Below, piece by piece: positions 51,670-61,440 of a stretch of 64,000 nucleotides of DNA (position 1 is the stretch's first letter; each line of letters begins with the position of its first letter). The notes under the pieces were generated by a model. It was not told the DNA's origin. It saw nothing but the letters and a program-made list of their open reading frames with translations, and did not search any database. This DNA comes from Paraspadella gotoi (taxonomy: Eukaryota > Animalia > Chaetognatha). The DNA lies in contig CM119263.1 in assembly GCA_051294375.1 (NCBI GenBank), forward strand, positions 392,019 through 456,018, given 5' to 3'. Made by a program: the position numbers and the translations under genes.

Positions 51670-53552
51670 TCAACCCCAGGAGATGTGATGCGATGCGTGT
51701 TTGGGCACCCTGACCCCGAAGCCCTCTTCCGCCCTCTTCCAAGATGTGGAGGCGACGGTCCCTTTGGATTCGATGAAGGATTTCTCGAAGGCGCGTCGCT
51801 TGTCGTCGTCGAGTTGGGCGTGGAGGGACGCGAAGAGTCGGTGAAGAAGATCGTCGATGTTGTCTGGAGGAGGAGGATCTGTGAGCGGACGAGGGAGTTG
51901 GGAATGATGAATGAATTAAAAAAAAGAGAGGCACGCTATATGAAGGTCTAAGACAGTAAATATATTAGTAAAAAAGTGTGCCAACTCAAAATATGCTAAG
52001 GATATTTCGGAGCCCGTTTTCCTCATTGTGTTTTCTCTCCAAATATCAAATTGTTTCTCCTACGCAATCAAAACAAAATCGTCACGGCGTCACGCCCATA
52101 CAGATAACTTATTTATTAAATGAATGGATAATGTTTATATTGGTTGTACCAATTTCATATAAAAAAATAACATCACCTTCTTCTTCCACTTTCCACGTCC
52201 TCAACTTGAGAGGCTCGTCCTCAGGGATTTTCCAAAAGTCGGAAACTTCTCTCCCGTTCTTCGCGTATTTAGCTTTCGTGTCGAGGTCCAGAACTTCCCA
52301 GTAGACGCCCTTCTCGTCTTTTTCCAGCTTTATCTCCACCTGGGACACAGGAAGTCTTACGGTTTAATTGTTATTCTGTTGATTTAGTGATTATTATTAA
52401 TGATTGTTAAAATTTACTTTTATAATCAGTACGAATCACCATCACACAGAATACAATCTCAACCGACCACATAAATCCGCAAACCCTTTTCTTAAGACCC
52501 ACTCTGTTCTTCATGACCACATAAATCCGCAAACCATTTCCCAAGACCCACATTGTTCTTCATGACCACATAAATCCGCAAACCCTTTCCCAAGACCCAC
52601 TTTGTTCTTCATGACCACATAAATCCACAACCACCTTCCCAAGACCCACTTTGTTCTTCATGACGTTGATGACGCTGTTCTCCGGGACAATGTTCCGCGC
52701 CAAATTGAGGAAGAGATCGTAGAAGACGTTGAAGGGCGGAATCTTCATGGAGCAGACGACGTTCTTCTCCTCGAAGAGAACGTGCACGTGTTGACGCTTC
52801 ATGTTTTTAGCCATGACGTGGATGAAGACGTGAGACTCGCTCTGGAACCTGGTTAGTGGTTAAGGGTAGGAAGGGAAGAAATTGATATATAGATATAGAT
52901 ATATAGTTATTAGTTAAATAGATATGTTACAATTATTATTATTTTATACAATTCAATGTCTCTCTCTCTCTCTCTCTCACTCTCTCTCTTTCTTTCACCC
53001 ACCAATTTCTAGTGACGCTACTGAGAGTTTTCTTAGTCTTTGCCGTGGTTAAGAGATGCTTGCAATCTCTTGCCGTCTCTACATCAGTGATCGCCAGATC
53101 CAACGCCATGTCAAAGCAATTAATTGAGTTTGTATAATTGTTGAGCTCCAAATAAGCTTTGCCTTAGAAGAGGAGGTTTTAATTATTAAAGTTTATATAT
53201 ATATACATATACAATTTTAAGCAATAAATATGCATTCAAAGTGTTATTAGCGATGCTCCCTGTTCTGTGCATCGACACTGCAGCAAGAAATGTTCTTGGC
53301 CTCACAAGCATAATGAAAAACCAATCGGCTGTCGGAAATCCTTACTTTATCCACAACCCCCAACTTACAAACTATATATTTGTATTTGTTTATCTTACCT
53401 TTAAAGTACCAAGCCAAGGCTTCCTCTTTGTCCAACTCCCAAATCCTGTTGGATAAAATTATGGCGTCATCGAATCTCTGCCTGACCAGCGCCGATTTGG
53501 TCATCGCCACCAGAGTTTCAATTGACTCGGGCTCCTCCGTCGGAGGCTCCAT
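51670..53552 (-). CDS. Divergent SGT1/SUGT1-like Hsp90 co-chaperone (TPR-CS-SGS), 5 exons, ~294 aa
   Basis: Exons 53552-53399, 53162-53003, 52848-52650, 52339-52177, 51878-51670. TPR (AWYFKGKAYLELNNY), CS domain (WFQSESHV...VEIKLEK...W), SGS-like LHRLFASL...KRRAFEKSFIESKGTVASTSW. Confidence 0.82.
52465..52663 (-). repeat. 49-bp tandem array reiterating the SGT1-like exon-3 end and donor (4 copies)
   Basis: CATGAAGAACAAA|GTGGGTCTTGGGAA... recurs every 49 nt. Confidence 0.9.
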
Positions 53553-53902
53553 TTCGATTCTTTCCTACTTTAGTTCGATTAGCTAACAATTTTAAAAATT
53601 CTGCACGAGATCCGGTGAAGATTAATTCAATTGAGCAGCGCTATTTGTCGTTCAGAGAATAAAATCATTTTTAATAACGATGGTCGGTTGCTCATTTAAA
53701 TTATATTAGATTTTTTTTTTTTAAATAAAAGAGTTATGAGAATAAAACAATAATCGCGGTGAAATATGATAACTCTGATCGGTCTTTTTTTTTTTCAATT
53801 GTCAATTTCATAAAAATGAAAGATTGCGGTATTTTTTTTTTTAACGATCAATCTGCCCTGGACTGGGAGAGAGGGGAAGAGAACGAGAGCGATAGAGAGA
53901 GC

Positions 53903-53953
<51 letters not shown>

Positions 53954-54197
53954 GAGGAGAAGAGAGAGAGAGAGAGAGAAAGAGAGCGTAACAGAGTTCT
54001 TGCGGTTCGATGTGCTTAACTTTTTATTATCGAGCCTACCGCGAAAAGAAACAAAAAGTAGAAAAAGAAAAGAAATGAAAAGAAACCTTAAAATAAAAAA
54101 AAAGAAAAAGAAAGAAAAAAAAAGAAGGAAGGGGAGATGGGAACATTTGCCTGATGAGAATTTGGACGTTTGACGCTAATTAAATTCACCTGTCTCA

Positions 54198-54258
54198 ATC
54201 ACGTGATCAGGATCACGTGATCATCAAGCGGTGGGACTCGATGAACCCCGTTATTGGT
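54198..54258. promoter_or_regulatory. Tandem palindromic E-boxes (ATCACGTGAT x2) plus CCAAT box between divergent genes
   Basis: Two ATCACGTGAT motifs starting 14 nt apart and an ATTGG at ~54254, between the SGT1-like (-) and LicD-like (+) genes. Confidence 0.45.
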
Positions 54259-55056
54259 TGAGGGAGAAAGTGCAATTGCAATAGCGTCATCGGTTGTCGT
54301 TTTAAAGACAAAAGACTGAATCAATAAAGTTCTCACAAATTGAAAGTGTGAGACAGATAGTGAGGCCGTGAGCCTCACGCGGTAAAACTATCCTGTTTAA
54401 AATCCGGTACAAGAATTATTTGGGATAAATGACTGAATAATTTCAATACTGTTAGTACCAGTTTGGTCGTGTTTCACGTATTTGCAGAATCTTTTAAAGA
54501 AATTAATATTTGACAGCAGAAATGATCATTGATTACTTCGTGTTATGATTTATAAATATCTATATGCTTTTATTATTTTATTAAGGTACTGATTTTAATG
54601 ACGAACCAAGCAAGTTGGTTTAGGAACTCTTTTACAGCTTGAACCAAGCATACGAACTCAAACAAGCACCGCCAAGAAGCCGGCGCAGAGGCACGTGGCG
54701 AAATAAACTAAATTCGGGCCAAAACGATTAATCGCCACAGAACTACAAATCGGTTAGCTTTTTTCCTTTAGCCTAACCTGAGGATCATAAGAGCAGTATG
54801 TAACTATCTGTTGCGCTCTTAGGAAATCTTTTCAATGTTAATAGGCTATTCCAGGCCTTAAGCGTAGCCCTTGTCGCACTTACTTTTCACGGTTAACCTT
54901 ACGTCGACATATCGAGTAGCTAGGCCTGCTTGCAGCATACCTCAGCCGTTTTAAATATTTTGAAGATCATAGGAATCATTTGCAAAAGCCAATATCTCTG
55001 AGTCGCCGAGAGAGAAAGTCCGGCGCCTTTGTCGATCGTTGGCCCTGAATAACGAA

Positions 55057-57968
55057 TGTTACGCTTTGGCGATATCATCCGTAACGTTACTAAAAAGCAA
55101 TTATTTAAAATATGACTTTAGTTTAAAAAAATTATTGAAAAAGAAACAAAAAAAATACAAACGTCTTTTATTACCATGTGGAAAAATGTAAGTACATAAT
55201 GCAAGAAATCAACGTCAAGGGGATAAATTGAACTTTCAAGGCTTCAGTTATTTTATAGTGGACGAATTAAAAAGTATTATAAAAGTAAATCAAAGATAAA
55301 TTATAAAACATCATCAAAAGTTTTGACAAAACCAACTCTTCGCCCGCAGCTAAAGAAGAGCGGCATTTTCTCCTTTCTCCATCATCTTCGCAAACCCGTT
55401 CTCCTCTGCGTTCTCCTTTTCGTTCTCCGCGTTCTTCTCAAATACGAATTCTCGGTTTTGTACTCGTTTTCGCAGGTAAGTTCTTGGTGGCACTTGTAGT
55501 CGCTTTTTTTTCTTGGTCTACCCGTTTGTACCCCTCATCCCGTCCCAACAAGAAAATCTCTTTCCACGGTAACAAGATAAAGAAAAGAAACAAATATTTC
55601 ATATTCTCTCTCGGCTTTGCTTGGGCGACTACGATCTACATTGTCGGCTCGATCGCTCGTGGGCTCGGGAAATTCAATTTGGTAGCGTAAGGAGGGGTTT
55701 GTATCGGTTTGTTTACAAGCGAATAAGGCGATAACTGGCCTGAACATTGATATCCGTGACTGCTTTGCCAACCCTTGCCAGAAATGGAACGGGTCCCGTG
55801 CTTGGAACGAGGCTTGTGGGTTTTCCAGTCCCTCAAGGCTGCTTAACAGTGTTCTCACGCTTCCAGTAAGGTAAATACCCAGGGCGATTGAGAATATAGT
55901 GTCTGTTAGCGATGTGAACTGTGCGCTACAAGCCTTGGCCTAAAGTCATGTGAGATAAAACCTCTATTCCAGTGGACGTCGCCCGAGTCTCCGGATCGTC
56001 TCTCGTCACCTGACCTTCTTTTTTCTCTTCGCCGTCCTCGGACTTGCGGCCGCCTTCCTCTTCATGACCGCGAATTCGAGTGAGGAAGAAGAGGTCCTTC
56101 GAGCACGCTCTTTCAATTCGTCCGCACATACAGGCGGTCGTTCGAGCCCGCTCTTTCAATTCGTCCGTACATAACCGGTTTAATGTGATTAATTTATCCT
56201 GTGACAATAGACCTAGTCTTGTTTGATGTTATCGTCTGTACTGAATCAACCAATCCAACAATCAATTCGAAATAAAACGCTTATATTATTCTTTCGTACA
56301 ACAAATCATCCTTTATTCCTTTCTTTCCTACTAAACTTAAGCAATGACTTTGGACAGGCTATAGTGGTTTATAACCTTCATCACGACATAGAATGTCCCT
56401 GCAAGCTTTCAATCACGTCTAGTTTCCCTATCAAAGAATTTTTTCAATTGTATAAAAGTATTAGAAGTTTTAAACGTATTCAATCCTTTTTCCCTCATTT
56501 CATTTATTATTTATTCATTCTTCCTTTAATCCGTTTATTCATTCCTTAAATATTTTCCTCTCATTCAAACATGCAAATCCATTCATCCAGTCCATCCATT
56601 CTTCAGCCTGGTGTTGCATCCGAGAGTACAAACGGGCCCAACTCTGCCAAGTCGCTGTCACCGTGAAGGAAGTTTTGGACGAGCATGAGATGGAATACTT
56701 TTTGAACTGGGGGTCGCTGATTGGAGCCCTAAGGGCGGCGAGAGGATTCGGGCTGCAGTTGGGAGTAGATAAGGAAAGGTGATGCTGAGAAAAAGAGTGA
56801 ATGCTGGAGATGCTGGAGATAAGGGTGGACAATGAGATGTGAAGCTGGGGAAAAGGGTGGACGCTGAGAGGTGATGCTGGGGAAAAGCGGTGAATGCTAA
56901 GAGTAAGAGGTGATGCTGGGGAAACGGGTGGACGCTGAGAAGTGATGCTGGGGAAAAGGGGTGAATGCTAAGAGTAAGATGTGATGCTGGGGAAAGGAGC
57001 TAATGCTAGGAGTTGATAGTCTAGAAAGAGGAGAATTATAATTGAAATTAATCTCTCAAATTACGAGTTCCTTTCTTCGTTATTTAAATATAAATATCAT
57101 TTCAAGATGCGATTTTTCTTGTTAATCTAATCAATTTCAGATTCATCAAACAACGTATACTGATGATTTTTTGGGGTTATTTCCAGAGGAATGATTGTTT
57201 GGGAACATGACATCGACATTTTTATTGCACAAAGACACGTCTCAGTCGCCGTTGATCTCTTGAAAGAAAAGGGTCTAGAAGTAAACCGTTTCAAGTGGAG
57301 CAAGGACTGATATGCTTGACTGAAATGCCTTACACGTCTCTCACTCCTGGATTTTCTCCAGGTTTATACATATACGGGCAGTCGCCTGGGATTACGCGTT
57401 CACATCCCTCTCTACTGGTCAAGCTACTCGGCTTGGATCGGGAAATGGATTCGTTCGTGGGCGATGACTTGGATCGACGTTTATAATTACGAGGTCGTGG
57501 GATCGATCGTTGGCGGTGTCGATCGGCGGAGTCTCTTCTCTCCCAATAGGAATCAACGGCTCTACCTTCAAAACATTTTTTACCGGTCAGTTCTTAAACG
57601 GAAGTTTATTAGCCTTTGACAACTTAATTCTATTGTTATTATCATTTTTATATTTTTAACATTTTTTTCTTAATGTTTTTTTTTTCTTCCTGTTTTCCTT
57701 CTTTTTTTCTTTTCTTTTTAATTTTCTTATAACTTAAGGTATGTATTGTTTTTTTATCTTATTTTTTTTCCCGTGATAGATTTTGCTATCACCTTCTCAG
57801 CTTATTTACCATCGAGCCTTTATGCCAAACTCACAATCACAATTTCCTTCACCCACAGGTGACATTTTCCCCACAGTTAACATCTCTTATTGCGGGGTCT
57901 CTTCCCATCTCCTCGTCGACCCGACGTTTCATGCCTCTTACTATGGCGACGACTACATCGACCCATAA
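55057..57968 (+). CDS. LicD-family nucleotidyltransferase-fold protein (fukutin/FKRP/LicD clan); 5' exons uncertain
   Basis: Exons 56607-56778 (YFLNWGSLIGALR), 57187-57280 (GMIVWEHDIDI), 57362-~57585 (WIDVY), 57859-57968 (DIFP...YGDDYIDP*). A probable upstream exon at ~55350-55475 has a hydrophobic anchor (ILGFVLVFA). One internal junction was not resolved. Confidence 0.7.
56779..57000 (+). repeat. Degenerate 31-37-bp array starting at the LicD donor (G|GTGATGCTGGGGAAAAG)
   Basis: GTGATGCTG donor-like motif recurs about 5-6 times immediately after the exon end at 56778. Confidence 0.7.
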
Positions 57969-58579
57969 AATATCCAACGGGTCCGACTAGCAAACGTTTT
58001 TCAAGATTGCTGACAGACGGACCGATAGAGACGGACTGGCAGAGAGAAAAATGGATCCATGGGCCAGCTTTGAAAATCTTTAATTTTCCATCTGTTTTTG
58101 TGAAATTTCATTGACAATAAATCTTGTTTGGGGGAAAAAAAAACAAAAGAAAACTTGAAAGTTGAAGGAATTTGTTTTCATATCTAAATTTTGTTTTAAA
58201 ACATTCTCCAATTTTAAATAATTCAGAATGTTTCGGAATGTTCTCTATTCATAATTCAACTTTTTATCATTTCTCATTTCATCTTTTCATAATTTAGAAA
58301 AGATATGACCAAAGTAAATGTAGCAATAAACGATTGAATTCGTAAAAGTTTTTAGTCGTCGTTGTTGTCGTCGTCGTCGTCACGCTTTTTTGTATAAAAA
58401 CTACTACGCTTTTATAGTTTTCTCAATGCAAAGTCCCAAATTTACATCCGAGATTTTCGTGGATTTATTCTCTTTCTTTCTCTCTCTCTTTCTTTCTCTT
58501 TCTCTCTATCTTTCTCTCTTTCTTTCACTCATACACGCATTTGTTTGTTTTTTATTTATGATGAATGATTCATTGCGTC

Positions 58580-58842
58580 AATGAATGACTATCATCGCAT
58601 CAATGAATGACTATCATCGTATCGATGAATGATTATCATCACATCAATGAATGACTATCATCGCATCAATCATTTGGTTATTATCACATCAATCATTTGG
58701 TTATCATCACATCGATCATTTGGTTATAATCGCATCAATTATTGGTTATCATCGCATCAATATTTGGTTATCATCGCATCAATCATTTGGTTATCATCGC
58801 ATCAATCTTTGGTTATCATCGCATCAATATTTGGTTATCATT
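58580..58842. repeat. ~22-23-bp minisatellite (ATCATCGCATCAATCATTTGGTT)n
   Basis: About 11 copies in two sub-variants. Confidence 0.85.
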
Positions 58843-59221
58843 GAAGGTAGGCTCGATCCTATTCTTTTAAGATTTTTTTTTGTGGCTTTTTTCTTTCTTT
58901 TTGTATTACCTGATTGTCCCTCTTTTCTTTCTTTATTTCCATGACTTTCTTTCTTCTTGTTTGAGTTTTACTTTCCCTTTGTAATTCGTTTGAATCCCTT
59001 TTTTTTCACACACTTAGTTTTTTCTTCTATTTTTTTTTAATGACTTTTTATTTCTTTCTCTCTCTTACTCGCGTAAGTAAAACAAACGATATTATGCGGG
59101 TCTTTCGAGCCAATCGATACATTTTCCGGCGTTGACAGAGTTAATAAAAAAAAACCAATGATAAAAAAGTGTCCCCAGTTAACGCGGGTCACTTTAACAG
59201 CTCGTGCCCGGAAAATAAAAC

Positions 59222-61440
59222 ATGGCCGAGGCAAGAAAAAGCTCGTTGACATCGTCGTCTGTTTCGTCGTCGTCGTCGTCATCGGACGTCAAAGCCAAAA
59301 CCCTCTCCCGCGGGTGGACGCCCAACGCTGCCCAAATGCAACAGCAACAACAGCATCCGCTTCCCCAGCAGAATGAACGTCGCATTAGAAAACCAAAATT
59401 GAGCTTCAAGTTGTCTTTGCCTATTTCTTCTTCTTCTTCTTCTTCGTCGTCGTCGTCAGCGAAAGCGTCGCTCCCTTCGGAGATCGAGAGTCTCGAACCG
59501 ATCGTCACAACGAAGGATGGACGAACGTTTCCGCTGCAAAAGCAGGTAGACCGTAGTGGAGCTAAAGAGATCATCCGTAGTGGAGCTAAAGAGATCAACC
59601 GTAGTGGAGCTAACGTCCACGCTTGAGTCAGATCATATTAAATACATCTTGTCTGACAATTTATAACTGATAACTTGTACTACATAAAGGACGACCGTCA
59701 AAGCGAAATTTTATTGTTAATTTAAAAAAAAAATATTCTCCCAGGATCTCGTTGTGCTTTCCGAACTCGGACGTGGCGCCTATGGCGTTGTAGAACGGTG
59801 TCGCCACGGTGCATCCGGGCTGGAAATGGCGGTCAAGCGGGTGGCGCTGTCTATGGACGACGCCACCGAGCGGCGACGCCTCTTGATGGATTTGGAGATC
59901 AATGGAAAAGTAAAATCCTTCTAACAATGAACTTTTATAATATAACTTTCTTTTTTGTTAATTAATTAAATTTTTTAAAAATTTTTGGTTGGGGATTTAA
60001 GGTGCGTCGTTGTCAAGAAGCCGTTTTCTTTTACGGTGCCGCCTTTCAAGAAGGCAACGTCTTTATTTGCATGGAAATCATGGACTCTTCCATGGACAAA
60101 TTTTACAGGCAAACGTTTTCTCTGTCTCACGGCGATTGTCGGTCTTAACACTGTTAACACTGTTAACCCTGTTAATAACAGCAAAACTTTTAATCTCTCC
60201 CAGAAAAGCTTTCGAAATCGGTCTCGGCGTCCCGGAGGATTATCTTGTTCACGTGGCCTTTTCGGTCATAATGGGGCTGCTGTACCTTTACGCCAACCTC
60301 AAGGTGTCAATGAAACATTATTATCAAATTAGATAGTAGAAGTTATATTACAATTCAGATTGATTTAAATTGAAAAAAATTATTTTCCTTTTTTTAAAAA
60401 AATATTCTCAAAACAAATAAGAGAAAGGTCAATGGATACAAATTCAAATGGAACTTTAACGTAAAAATCTGACTTTTAGGGCGAATCCTAAATTCGCCTC
60501 CCGTATAGCTTGGCTTGGACAGTTAAGTACTTGTTCACCAACAGTGAATTCTGGGTTAAATCCCCTCACGCTCGTTAAGTGTGGTGTCGGCATAAACACT
60601 CCGGTGACATGGGGTGGTCGTTGCAGGTCCAAAGCCAGCTGTCGGGAGATGCCTCACTCTCCGGGCATCACACATGTCTCCCCGTTGCCATACTTTTTCC
60701 ATTTTCTTCAGGTGATGCACCGAGATGTGAAGCCTTCTAACATTTTAATCGACAAAACTGCGGCTGTAAAGGTGAGGTCGTTCCCAGCCGTGTATGTTAA
60801 GAACATCCCCGTTTGGATAAGGTAATGTCAGCATTCCCCTTATGTTGGACCCTGCAAAAGGTCTGTGATTTCGGCGTCAGCGCAGTCATGATTAACTCGT
60901 TAGCTCCGACGAATATCGGGTGTAAACCGTACATGGCGCCTGAAAGACTAGACATGGACGTGACGAAGGTATGTCATTTAAATTCCAACCACCCTTCATT
61001 TCATCTCCCTATCCTTATCATCATTAATTCAGGGATTCACAGCCAAATCTGACGTTTGGTCTCTCGGAGTTACGCTAGTGGAAATCGGCGATGGGCAATT
61101 CCCTTACGAATCCAAGAAATGGAAAACGCCGTTCGACCAGGTAATTTCATTATCTCTCAGCGAGAACATTAGCTGCGCAGTGTCCGAATGCTTACTCCGG
61201 TTTCCCCGCCAGATGAAAGCGGTGTTCGAGTCGCCGCCTCCGACTTTTTCTAACTCGACTTACTCGGCCGAAGCCCGCCGTTGGGTTGCGAGGATGCTGA
61301 CGAAAAGACCAGAGGATCGGGCGGACTACGCCACGCTCGTCAAAGATGAATACGTGGAAGGGAAGAGACGCGAGTCCGGCAGGGCCGAAGCCAAGGAAGG
61401 GTTGGTTGGTTGGGCGACCAAAATCATACGAGAGTTGTAG
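59222..61440 (+). CDS. Dual-specificity MAP kinase kinase, MKK3/MKK6-like, 8 exons, ~399 aa
   Basis: Exons 59222-59545, 59745-59909, 60002-60108, 60204-60303, 60712-60771, 60861-60968, 61033-61140, 61213-61440. LGRGAYGVV, MAVKR, HRDVKPSNIL, DFG..SLAPT..GCKPYMAPER, KSDVWSLG, W-K-TPF; N-terminal D-motif RRIRKPKLSFKL; AATAAA at ~61481 and ~61505. Confidence 0.92.
60496..60692 (+). mobile_element. tRNA-like SINE in MAP2K intron 4; related tail inverted at ~48955-49006
   Basis: A-box-like TAGCTTGGCTTGG and B-box-like GGTTAAATCCC. The 3' GAGATGCC...GGGCATCACA...GTTGCCATA is shared with an SLC16 intron segment. Confidence 0.45.

Noticed and set aside
54140-54195. CTGATGAG hammerhead-ribozyme core
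   Set aside because: No GAAA follows the potential stem II, and no stem I/III pairing was found.
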